Notes under the pieces: model-generated
Databases searched by the model: none
Told to the model about the DNA's origin: nothing
The model's input: the letters and a program-made list of their open reading frames with translations, nothing else
Shown: positions 37,125-45,633 of the stretch, in pieces
How the letters are laid out: the number at the start of each line of letters is the position of its first letter
How positions within the stretch are numbered: the stretch's first letter is position 1
From: Promethearchaeia archaeon
GTDB lineage: Archaea; Asgardarchaeota; Lokiarchaeia; Sigyniarchaeales; SOKP01
Direction of reading: 5' to 3'
Length of the DNA stretch: 64,000 bases
Assembly (NCBI GenBank): GCA_046483985.1
Contig: JAWOCD010000056.1
Span: 16,711-80,710, forward strand
Translations under genes and position numbers: made by a program

Positions 37125-37280
37125 ATGCCCGAAGTAAAATTAAAAGTAAACGATAAAGAAATTCCCTTAAATGAAATCATGCAAACAGTAATTACGAATA
37201 TTAATGTAGGCTTTATCGATTCTTTAAGCGGAGTTCCTGATCCAAAAAGGAAAATAGAGCTGGAAATCAGCCCAAGCTGA
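37125..37280 (+). CDS. Possible small protein (51 aa)
   Basis: An ATG ORF, MPEVKLKVNDKEIPLNEIMQTVITNINVGFIDSLSGVPDPKRKIELEISPS, below the track cutoff. The sequence is non-low-complexity and globular-looking. I cannot name a family. Confidence 0.3.
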   Translation: MPEVKLKVNDKEIPLNEIMQTVITNINVGFIDSLSGVPDPKRKIELEISPS

Positions 37281-37392
37281 AATCTATTGGAATATTTTTT
37301 CTTTACTTATTTTTATTCCATATATTCTTTATCGGTAATTTTTTCTTTAGAGAGAAAGTATGGTAGGTCGATCTTATTTTAGGAAACGCATT

Positions 37393-37486
37393 TTACTCCA
37401 ATTGGGTAAAAGATATTCTCTTTGTTTTCCATAGATTAAGCATATTCGTTATTCCCGCGAGCAAATGGATTAAAAAGATTGAAAAC
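37393..37486 (-). pseudogene. Remnant of a paralogue of the membrane-protein gene 38127-38852 (middle part)
   Basis: agattaagcatattcgttattcccgcgagcaaatggattaaaaagattg matches 38548-38596. The minus-frame remnant FSIFLIHLLAGITNMLNLWK corresponds to LPIFLMLWLAGITNMLKIER in the intact gene. Confidence 0.6.
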
Positions 37487-37541
37487 ATTTTTAATAATAA
37501 TAAGTTTTATTAACTAATCCTTTATTTACCTTTTCGGACTT

Positions 37542-37610
37542 TTAAAAATTCATAACCCTTTTTTTAACCCAAGTTGATAAGAGAAACCCAAGATAGAAGA
37601 AAATAGAGCC
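37542..37610 (-). pseudogene. Remnant of a paralogue of the membrane-protein gene 38127-38852 (3' end)
   Basis: tttttaacccaagttgataagagaaacccaagatagaagaaaatagagcca matches 38142-38193. It encodes GSIFFYLGFLLSTWVKKR, versus GSIFFYLGFLLPSWVKKR in the intact gene. Confidence 0.6.
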
Positions 37611-37620
37611 ATTTAAAGAT

Positions 37621-37872
37621 TTAATAATAGAAAATAGAAAAAAGAAAATCTAAAGATTTAAAAAGAGAAAAAAAGTAAAAAGAGAAAAGAAAACCGACTA
37701 TTCCCAATATAATCCCTATTATGGAAAGCACCTTTGATTCGTCCTTTACACGCCCAATGATCCCCAAGATTATTGCTACCGGGCCAAAAAATACCCCCGC
37801 CCCATAAACAAAAATAAGTCCAATAGAAATCAATCCTAAAATTAAAGACGCCGAGGCTAAAGAATTTTTCAC
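37621..37872 (-). CDS. Small membrane protein (DUF4190-like, 2-3 TM)
   Basis: 83 aa, almost entirely hydrophobic Gly/Ile/Leu-rich helices (LILGLISIGLIFVYGAGVFFGPVAIILGIIG). Confidence 0.4.
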   Translation of the reverse strand: MKNSLASASLILGLISIGLIFVYGAGVFFGPVAIILGIIGRVKDESKVLSIIGIILGIVGFLFSFYFFSLFKSLDFLFSIFYY

Positions 37873-38126
37873 TTTATTACCATGCTCTTTGTTTTGAATA
37901 ATAAAATTATAAAATATGATAACACATAAAAATATTAATCAAATTGATTGATCTTATTATTCTTACAAAAAGTATTTTAACTCTATCTCTTAACTTACTT
38001 ATATTCTGCAATAGATTTTTCCATAATCCTTACCGCTTTTGCCTTCTCTTGCTTTAATTTAATTCAATATTGTCGGTCTTAGGGATATCAATTTCAGATA
38101 AAATGAATCATGAAAGTAAACGAAAA

Positions 38127-38852
38127 TCATTTTAAAAATCGTTTTTTAACCCAAGATGGCAAGAGAAATCCAAGATAGAAGAAAATAGAGCCACTTGCTA
38201 ACAATAATCGAGCAATCATTAAGGGGATAGGAACATCTATCGTAAAAATTGTATCCATCACAGCACCAACCACAAATAAGAGAAAAGCTATTAGAAGTAA
38301 TTTCCCTTTTAATTTAGTCTCCCCTTTAGCATTCAGTGCTTCTCTGACAAACATTAATCCGGTTAATAAGATGATAGCTAAAATGGAATACAGCAACAAA
38401 TGAGGAAAGAGAGCCCATGTATAAGTTTCATTTTGTTTACCCCAAATCATTCCTGGCTGCATGAAGTAAAAATAAAATAAAAGGATTTCTGCTAAAAAAC
38501 TCAGAGTTAATATAATAATTAAAATAAGCCTTCTCTTTTTTCTCTCAATCTTAAGCATATTCGTTATTCCTGCAAGCCAAAGCATTAAAAAGATTGGGAG
38601 GTCGGCAATATTAAATAGAAAATAGAAAAAATAGATTACAGCTGAAGTGGGCGGCTGTCCTATTAAAAGGAAAAGAAATTGTGTGAATTCAGGAAAATAA
38701 GGGGTTGCCATTCCCAGCCACGCAAGTCCAATATATAAAAGATTAATCTCGCGATATTTAAAATATTGCAGAAAAATTCGTAATCCCACTATTAAAGTAA
38801 TTAGCACGAATAAAAAGCTCAAAAATAATGAAAATGTATAGGCTACACTCAT
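38127..38852 (-). CDS. Polytopic membrane protein, unknown function (about 7 TM)
   Basis: 241 aa with alternating hydrophobic helices. Fragments of a paralogue lie at 37393-37610. Confidence 0.55.
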   Translation of the reverse strand: MSVAYTFSLFLSFLFVLITLIVGLRIFLQYFKYREINLLYIGLAWLGMATPYFPEFTQFLFLLIGQPPTSAVIYFFYFLFNIADLPIFLMLWLAGITNMLKIERKKRRLILIIILTLSFLAEILLFYFYFMQPGMIWGKQNETYTWALFPHLLLYSILAIILLTGLMFVREALNAKGETKLKGKLLLIAFLLFVVGAVMDTIFTIDVPIPLMIARLLLASGSIFFYLGFLLPSWVKKRFLK

Positions 38853-38922
38853 ATTTGGAAGAAAACAGATTTATTAAAAAATCTTTACATTGTTAAAGTA
38901 ATGAGACGGAAAAAATAGCCAA

Positions 38923-39156
38923 TTAATTCTTAATTGGTTCTAAATCCTTGCAAATCCGGAATTTTTTCACTAATTTTTTCTTGTTTGAGCGTCTATTAAT
39001 TTTATAAACTTTGAGAACTCCCGCATCATTAGGATAGCGTTGATTAATAACTTTACAGATATCTTCGGGACTCTTTTGATGAATTCGGAGGTTTTTCTTA
39101 TCAAACCTCTTAAACACACCCAAAAAAACATTTTTCCTTGACTTATCAATAAACAT
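38923..39156 (-). CDS. Small basic hypothetical protein
   Basis: 77-aa Lys/Arg-rich ORF with no motif. Confidence 0.3.
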   Translation of the reverse strand: MFIDKSRKNVFLGVFKRFDKKNLRIHQKSPEDICKVINQRYPNDAGVLKVYKINRRSNKKKLVKKFRICKDLEPIKN

Positions 39157-39422
39157 GTAATGTATTTAAACCCCTTTTATTATCTAAATAAGTATAATTA
39201 TGGCATGTACTAAAATCTAACAATTATAAGTTAAAAAAACTACTTTTATAAGGCAAAGAATTTACACCTTAACAATTTTAAGATTATTACATTAATTTAT
39301 TGAATCTTAGGGTTAGTATATTCAAAAAGGAAATCATAATTGAGGAAATTTTAGAATATTATACAGTATTTTAAAAAGAATTTAACATACATATATTATA
39401 AAAAGAATAAAGTGTATAAAAA

Positions 39423-40262
39423 TTGGTAGTTGCTTTAGCTTTTTTGATGATAATCCTTATAGGTGCGCTCAGTTTAATTGGACTTTTTTTAATTTCGATT
39501 AATGGAAAGACTTTAGATAATATTTTGTTTGTTCTTATAGCATTTGCCACGGGAACAATCTTGGCAACTGCGCTTTTTGATTTAATCCCGGAGGCACTCC
39601 ATCATCTTGAGAGTTTAAATACGGAGGGAGCAGGATTAGGGGAGAACCTCGTATTTTTTTTTGTCATATTGGGATATATTGTATTTTTCATTCTTGAACG
39701 TTTTATTTATTGGTTTCACGGGCATGCACATAGAGAAGAAAATGAATTTATCTGTTATGATAATGTCTCTGGTAAAGTGAACAAGAAATCCTCCAGTAAC
39801 AATAAGATCCAAAACTTTGCTATACTTAATTTAGTAGGTGATGGTTTACATAATTTTTTGGATGGAATAATTATTATGGTTGGCTTTTTGACCGGAATTA
39901 ATACTGGAATAATTATTACGCTTGCGGTACTTTTTCATGAGCTTCCGCAAGAAATGGGAGACTTTGGAATTCTTTTATATGGGGGGTTCACCAAGAAAAG
40001 GGCCTTATTATTCAATTTCTCAAGTGCAATGATTGCATTATTTGGAGGGCTTTTTGCATTAATTCTCTCAAACATTCTTGAGACATTTAATCTCTTCTTT
40101 TTGGCTTTTTCAGGTGGAGGGTTTTTATACCTAGCAACAACCGAATTAATGCCAGAACTTCTCAAGCAGGCAAAGTTAAGAAAATCTGTAATACAAGCAC
40201 TAATCTTTCTTGGAGGCGTTACACTTATCTTGATACTAGTTTTTACGCTTCCACATGCCTAA
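39423..40262 (+). CDS. ZIP-family divalent metal transporter (ZupT-like)
   Basis: 279 aa. Has the ZIP signature HELPQEMGDFGILL, HNFLDG, and a His-rich loop HGHAHREE. TTG start. Confidence 0.85.
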   Translation: MVVALAFLMIILIGALSLIGLFLISINGKTLDNILFVLIAFATGTILATALFDLIPEALHHLESLNTEGAGLGENLVFFFVILGYIVFFILERFIYWFHGHAHREENEFICYDNVSGKVNKKSSSNNKIQNFAILNLVGDGLHNFLDGIIIMVGFLTGINTGIIITLAVLFHELPQEMGDFGILLYGGFTKKRALLFNFSSAMIALFGGLFALILSNILETFNLFFLAFSGGGFLYLATTELMPELLKQAKLRKSVIQALIFLGGVTLILILVFTLPHA

Positions 40263-40280
40263 GGTTGAATATATTTGAAA
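40238..40280. repeat. 43-bp direct repeat, left copy (3' end of the ZIP gene plus downstream)
   Basis: agtttttacgcttccacatgcctaaggttgaatatatttgaaa matches 43229-43271 with 3 mismatches. Confidence 0.85.
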
Positions 40281-40468
40281 TGAATTTATCTGTGATGATA
40301 ATGTCTCTGGTAAAGTGGACAAGAAATCCTCCAATAACAATAAGATCCAAAACTTTGCTATACTTAATTTAGTAGGTGATGGTTTGCATAATTTTTTGGA
40401 TGGAATAATTATTATGGTTGGCTTTTTGACCGGAATTAATACTGGAATAATTATTACGCTTGCGGTAC
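40278..40468 (+). repeat. ~191-bp near-identical duplicate of the internal ZIP gene segment 39739-39930
   Basis: Read by eye, it has 4 substitutions and 1 single-base indel at the junction. The copy starts at the microhomology gaaa that ends the left 43-bp repeat. Confidence 0.85.
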
Positions 40469-40631
40469 GGGATTTTTCTTCTTAATTCCCTTTTTCCATT
40501 TTTTTGCTGTTATAGAAAAAGGAGCATTCCAAGACCATGCGTCCGTTCCGATGATATGAACTCCCTATAAACGGTTGATCCATAATTATAGAAAATAGTA
40601 AATAAGAGATTTCTTTATAGAATCGATAAAA

Positions 40632-41432
40632 TCAGGTAGAGCGATATCTTGTGGGAATATCAGAAAATTTAATTCCCCTTTCTCTTAAAGCATCTTTTAC
40701 TCGCATAGTTAAATTTGTCTTATATGCTCCTTGTTCTGTTGGATCTAGTGGATAGGATTTAATTCTATAATGAGTACTTTGGGGTAATTCATTAACCCTT
40801 ATTTTAATAGGCTTTTCCAGCTGTGTATATGGGCAAATAAACGTGACTCTTTCCATTATTTCCTTAACCATATAAGAATCGTGATTTGGATCTAAATAAA
40901 TATTTGTAACACACATCAAATTCCGCGATCCAGCATTAGCGTTATAAATTGTTGTATTCCAAATTTTCAATTGCGGAATAATTACTTCAGTATTATCTAA
41001 CGTTCTCATTTTTATTGTTCTTAACTTTATTGCTTCAATTTCACCATAAACACCATTAATCTCTATCCAATCACCCTCCTGATAATTTTTTTCATATAAG
41101 GAGATTAAACCTGCGATAATACTACTTATATAATCTTTGAAGGCAAAACCAAGAGCAATACTCATTGCGGCTAATAATGTAATGATATTTACTTCGCTTG
41201 GCTGGGTAATAATTATCAGTACCCAAATCGTACCTAAAGCAATAATTATTAATCGAATAATCGGTTGTAAAGATAAATATTTATATTTCTGTTTTGCTTT
41301 TGTTTTTTTCTTTATATGATTAAACAATACCTTGTTAATTTTTAACAGAATAAAGATACCGATAATTATGCCTGCTAGCAATATTAAATCTCCAATACTT
41401 AAATTTAGAAAAATATCAGTCGTCTCTGTCAT
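40632..41432 (-). CDS. Small-conductance mechanosensitive channel (MscS family)
   Basis: 266 aa. Has N-terminal TM helices, then GDWIEINGVYGEIEAIKLRTIKMRTLDNTEVIIPQLKIWNTTIYN, which matches the MscS beta-domain signature. Confidence 0.75.
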   Translation of the reverse strand: MTETTDIFLNLSIGDLILLAGIIIGIFILLKINKVLFNHIKKKTKAKQKYKYLSLQPIIRLIIIALGTIWVLIIITQPSEVNIITLLAAMSIALGFAFKDYISSIIAGLISLYEKNYQEGDWIEINGVYGEIEAIKLRTIKMRTLDNTEVIIPQLKIWNTTIYNANAGSRNLMCVTNIYLDPNHDSYMVKEIMERVTFICPYTQLEKPIKIRVNELPQSTHYRIKSYPLDPTEQGAYKTNLTMRVKDALRERGIKFSDIPTRYRST

Positions 41433-42781
41433 TTGCTCACCTCCAAATTATCTATTAGGAATCCTACAGATCTAAGATAATCCCTTACATTTGGGTATGC
41501 ACTTGGAACAATATTTAATACATCTTCTTCTTTTCTTCTAATCAACCCATGTGTCTCTAAGTAATTTATAATGGATACGACCTTTTTTGATTCTATATTT
41601 AAAATTAACGCAAGTTTTTCTTTAGAGAGACCGTTGTGGAGAATTAAAGAATCTAAGAGAATGTTTTCTTCACTGTTCATATTCTTAGGTATCTCAGGCA
41701 TTGTTATACCTTTCCAGGGTTTTACCCAAATTGTATAAAATCTTTTTCTTTCTAATTTCACCTCTTCTTCTTTATCAAACTCAAAGTCTTCATCGGGTCT
41801 CGTTCTTAAATTATCCCTCAATATATGCCAGCAAATCATAGGTAATCCTTGTGCATATGCTATTAAATTTCTCATAAATTTATCTTCAACTTTTAATTGA
41901 ATTTCTTCCTCAACCCCCTCCTTAGTTTTTAATTTGAGCTCGTCATCCTCATCCTGGACTATTAATTGTTCCATATTATTCTCTTTTTCAATTTTAGTTT
42001 TAATCTTATCGCCTTTTTCTTCTCCCATTTCTACTAATGACAATTGCTCTTCGAATATTAAATCCCCACTATCTGTTAATCTATAGAGAAATTTTTTTCT
42101 ATTGTTTTGAGCCATAAGATTCAATAACCAATGTTTTAAAGCAGATTCGTTCATTGTCTGCAAAATTCTTTGCTCAAAATTAGTAAAAGGAATATTAAGA
42201 ATTTTGAAAAATTTCCACGCCCAAGATTGACATACGATAATGACCTCATTTGAATGTTTTGAAAGGTTTTGGACTATATTTTCTAAAAGCCCCAAACCAT
42301 TGTGATGTCTGAGAAACCATTTTTCCAAATTTGTAATAGCAATATTTTCTTCTTCCCCGAGCTCAAAAACATTATCTTTACGTTTATGATAATTTAAAAT
42401 TTCTTCGTAAGTTGGAGGTGTTAATAACTTATAATTTGCTGTTTCTACCCATTTTTCTACTATTTGATCAGTTCCACTAAATGGTTTATTAATCAATAGA
42501 AGTTTCTTATAATCTATTTTATTTAATTCTTTTTGAAAATATTGAACCATTTCCTCCCAATCCGGTTCTGGTAAGATATTGTCTAATTGTCTTAAACTAA
42601 ATGAATTTAATTTATTGTAAGATAGAAAATTCTCCTCTTTTGTCGATTTGAAAAGATTCCGAAACAAACCTCCAATCTTTTCTTTGACTTCTCGGGGGCC
42701 TTGAGGGATTTCATAATCCTCTAATGGAATGACTCGGCAAAGATTAGGTACGTCCTTATCATCTTCTACTTTTTCATTCAT
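41429..42781 (-). CDS. Hypothetical protein with C-terminal winged-helix domain, translationally coupled to the MscS-like gene
   Basis: 450 aa. Its stop overlaps the MscS-like start by 4 nt (ATGA). The C-terminal LILHNGLSKEKLALILNIESKKVVSIINYLETHGLIRRKE is wHTH-like. There is no intact Walker A, and the central region is acidic and low-complexity. Confidence 0.5.
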   Translation of the reverse strand: MNEKVEDDKDVPNLCRVIPLEDYEIPQGPREVKEKIGGLFRNLFKSTKEENFLSYNKLNSFSLRQLDNILPEPDWEEMVQYFQKELNKIDYKKLLLINKPFSGTDQIVEKWVETANYKLLTPPTYEEILNYHKRKDNVFELGEEENIAITNLEKWFLRHHNGLGLLENIVQNLSKHSNEVIIVCQSWAWKFFKILNIPFTNFEQRILQTMNESALKHWLLNLMAQNNRKKFLYRLTDSGDLIFEEQLSLVEMGEEKGDKIKTKIEKENNMEQLIVQDEDDELKLKTKEGVEEEIQLKVEDKFMRNLIAYAQGLPMICWHILRDNLRTRPDEDFEFDKEEEVKLERKRFYTIWVKPWKGITMPEIPKNMNSEENILLDSLILHNGLSKEKLALILNIESKKVVSIINYLETHGLIRRKEEDVLNIVPSAYPNVRDYLRSVGFLIDNLEVSK

Positions 42782-42973
42782 GATTTATAAAGACTGGAGA
42801 TTTATTCGATCTATTAAACATTATCACATAAAAATATTTTTAGAGATCTATTAAATGTTTCTTAATTCATTGAAGGGAATTTTTAAAAAAAGATAATTCC
42901 TTGCGAACTGAAATTCGCTTAAAATACCGAAACTTCATATGTCAGATATCGCACGGGAAAAAATTACAAAAAC

Positions 42974-43246
42974 CTAAAGACCAAGCAGGATGATAAAATT
43001 GCTTCCTTGTGAATAATCTCCCTTCACGCGATTTTCTACCCAAACTTCTCCACCGTACATATTGATTATTTCCTTCACAAGCGACAAACCGATGCCCGTC
43101 CCTTTCCCTTGTTGGTTTATTTCATACGATCGTTTAAAAATATCTTTTTTTCTCTGCTTGCTAATTCCGATTCCATTGTCTTTAAATTCAATCTTAATAT
43201 GATTTTGCCCCTCGTTTTGTACTTTAAAGTTTTTACTCTTCCACAT
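42974..43246 (-). pseudogene. 5'-truncated histidine-kinase fragment (HATPase_c G1/G2 boxes only)
   Basis: Has EFKDNGIGI (G1) and GKGTGIGLSLVKEI (G2), but no H-box or N-box. Its ATG and first 6 codons are the antisense of the ZIP-derived right repeat, so the ORF is chimeric. Confidence 0.7.
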
Positions 43247-43271
43247 GCCTAAGGTCGAATAGATTTGAAAA
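43229..43271. repeat. 43-bp direct repeat, right copy (orphan ZIP 3' end)
   Basis: agtttttactcttccacatgcctaaggtcgaatagatttgaaa. It would still encode ..VFTLPHA-stop on the + strand, like the end of the ZIP gene. Confidence 0.85.
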
Positions 43272-43442
43272 AGATCATGCGAGAAAATCGATACGAGAAT
43301 GTTAGTTTTTTACATTCGATTTAAGCAATTTTATGGAGATTATTTATTTGACTTGATTTCTTATCATTTATTACATTGAAAAAGGGACTCATAGACCATT
43401 AATGCCTGGGATTTTTTAAATTTAATCAGAAATTTATTAATA

Positions 43443-43964
43443 ATGAAAACTGCAAACTCAATCACTTTAATTGGGATGCCTGGCTCTGGAAAAACCACAA
43501 TAGGACAAAAAATTGCACAGAAACTTCAATATAAGTTCATAGATACCGATGATTATATAGTAGAAAAAGAAAACATGGAGCTACAGCAGATTATAAATAA
43601 GGAAGGTATAGATGCTTTTTGTGAAATTGAGGAAAAGCGAGTTTTAGAATTACTCCCATTGAAGAAGTATGTAATTGCCCCTGGTGGAAGTATTATTTAT
43701 TCTAAGAAGGTTATGGACATCCTAAAGAAAAATAGTATCCTTATTTTTTTAGATGTTCCCCTTAACATATTAAAAGCAAGATTACATAATATGGAAACCC
43801 GGGGTATAGTGGGACTGCATTCGAAATCCCTAAAAACATTATACAAAGAGAGGATACCCTTGTATCGAAAATATGCTGATTGTGTTGTCCCATGTGAAAA
43901 TAAATCACCTAACACCATAATAACTGAGATCTTGGCCAGGTTAGATCGAATTAGATCGAAATAA
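43443..43964 (+). CDS. aroK: Shikimate kinase, bacterial AroK/AroL (P-loop) type
   Basis: 173 aa. Has LIGMPGSGKTTIGQKIAQKL..FIDTDDYI, FCEIEEKRVL, and APGGSIIY in place of GGG. It is collinear with E. coli AroK as I remember it. Confidence 0.65.
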   Translation: MKTANSITLIGMPGSGKTTIGQKIAQKLQYKFIDTDDYIVEKENMELQQIINKEGIDAFCEIEEKRVLELLPLKKYVIAPGGSIIYSKKVMDILKKNSILIFLDVPLNILKARLHNMETRGIVGLHSKSLKTLYKERIPLYRKYADCVVPCENKSPNTIITEILARLDRIRSK

Positions 43965-44099
43965 ATTCTGTTATTAATGAACACCCTCACCATCAGAAAA
44001 CTGCAAATAAGATTATTTTTTTTTTAGAATGCCTTATATGTTTTCTAAAACTTAATTATTATGATTATTCTTTTATAGAACAAAATAAAAAGAATCAAA

Positions 44100-45428
44100 A
44101 TGACGGAAAAAAAATCTGAAAAAAAGTTGGATGTAAAATTAATATCTTACATTGGGTTAGCATTTTTTACGACTGGAATTGCATGGGGTCTTTATGATAC
44201 ACAGGTGAATCAACAGTTACAGAACTATGTGGGATTACTATTATTTGTTGGTTTTTGGATGGCATTGGATAATATTATTGGTGTTTCTATTCAACCTTTT
44301 ATGGGAGCACTCTCTGATAACACTCGAACTCGGTTTGGAAGAAGGACTCCGTATATCATTGTAGGAATTATTGCCTCCGCTATTTTCTTTGCCTTAATAC
44401 CGACGGGATTTGGAACTTCTTTCTGGATTTTGCTCCTCTGGATGTTCTTATTTGGAATCAGTATGGGGTTTTATCGCAGCCAAGCTGTAGCGTTGATGCC
44501 TGATTTTGTCAGACCCGAGAACCGGAGTAAAGCAAATGCCATTATTAATCTAATGGGAGGGGTGGGAGCCGTTGTTGCCTTTTCTCTCAGTTATCTAATT
44601 GACTATTGGGGCCATCAAGTTGTATTTCTCTTAGTTTCAATCATTATGTTGGTAGCCCTAGGAATTTTTCTCTGGAAAGTAAAGGAGACGGAGTCCTATA
44701 GTTACCAACTGTTGTTAGAAAAGGAGGGTAAAGCGAGTACAGAGTTGGAACCAGAAATTGGAAAGCCGAATTTAATACAGAGTCTTAAAGACATCTGGAA
44801 TGAGGATGACAAAAGTACCTTATTTATGCTTCTGGCGATCTTTTCATGGTTTATCGGATATCAAGGGATACAATCGCTTTTTACGATTTATGGAACCAGC
44901 CCAGAAACCCTTAATTTAGAGGCGGGGTTTGCGGGATTTATGCTTAATTTTGTTGCAATCCCCTTTATTCTATTTGCGGTTCCCTCTGGGATCATTGCTA
45001 CAAAAATTGGGCGACGAATCACTATTAAAATAGGATTGGTCCTAATGTTCTCAAGCCTTGTAATTGGCTCTATAATAGTCCTCATTAGCCCGAACACGAT
45101 AATTCTTATCATAGCCCTAGTTATGACTGGTATTGGATGGGCTCTGGTAAACGTAAATTCCATTGTGATTATCTGGGAACTTGCCCCTACTATTGAGAAA
45201 TTAGGAACATATACGGGGGTTTATTACTTTTTCAGTGTATTAGCCGCAATTATAGGCCCGGGAATTGTGGGACTTATTACGGATCTTACGGGGATCTCCT
45301 TTCTCCTGTTAAACGCCGCTGGCTTTTTAATTCTGGCCTTCATCTTTATGACGTTGGTTAAACGCGGGGAAGTCGAACTTACAGAAGAAGAAAGGATCGC
45401 CCGTCAAAAAGCCTTGCAAAAATTATAA
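44100..45428 (+). CDS. MFS transporter, GPH/SLC45-like sugar:cation symporter
   Basis: 442 aa with about 12 TM helices. Has the motif SDNTRTRFGRRTPYI, typical of the glycoside-pentoside-hexuronide / sucrose-transporter-like subgroup. Confidence 0.75.
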   Translation: MTEKKSEKKLDVKLISYIGLAFFTTGIAWGLYDTQVNQQLQNYVGLLLFVGFWMALDNIIGVSIQPFMGALSDNTRTRFGRRTPYIIVGIIASAIFFALIPTGFGTSFWILLLWMFLFGISMGFYRSQAVALMPDFVRPENRSKANAIINLMGGVGAVVAFSLSYLIDYWGHQVVFLLVSIIMLVALGIFLWKVKETESYSYQLLLEKEGKASTELEPEIGKPNLIQSLKDIWNEDDKSTLFMLLAIFSWFIGYQGIQSLFTIYGTSPETLNLEAGFAGFMLNFVAIPFILFAVPSGIIATKIGRRITIKIGLVLMFSSLVIGSIIVLISPNTIILIIALVMTGIGWALVNVNSIVIIWELAPTIEKLGTYTGVYYFFSVLAAIIGPGIVGLITDLTGISFLLLNAAGFLILAFIFMTLVKRGEVELTEEERIARQKALQKL

Positions 45429-45536
45429 TCTTTCTCATTTCTTTTTTATAATCCTTTTTTTAGTTCCTACTTATGGGAAATACGTACTTACAACTTATGA
45501 AACGAATTTGTATTGAGTTTAAAAAAATTGTACTTT

Positions 45537-45548
45537 GAATAATTATTA
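45537..45548. promoter_or_regulatory. GAATAATTATTa box (one mismatch) upstream of the DUF89 gene
   Basis: The context ttgaataattattaac matches 14 of 16 positions of ttgaataattattcaa at 49973-49988. It lies ~90 bp upstream of the start at 45634. Confidence 0.3.
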
Positions 45549-45633
45549 ACAATTTTTAAATGGATTCGAAATCTTTCCTATACAGCAGTAATTTTATATA
45601 ATTATACAATCTTTCATTAAGAAGTGATTCTAA

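Noticed and set aside
40238-43271. The block between the 43-bp direct repeats as an integrated mobile element or provirus
   Set aside because: No integrase, transposase, tRNA attachment site or terminal inverted repeats are present. The repeats are themselves pieces of the ZIP gene. A duplication followed by replacement explains the data better. It is kept as a rearrangement finding only.
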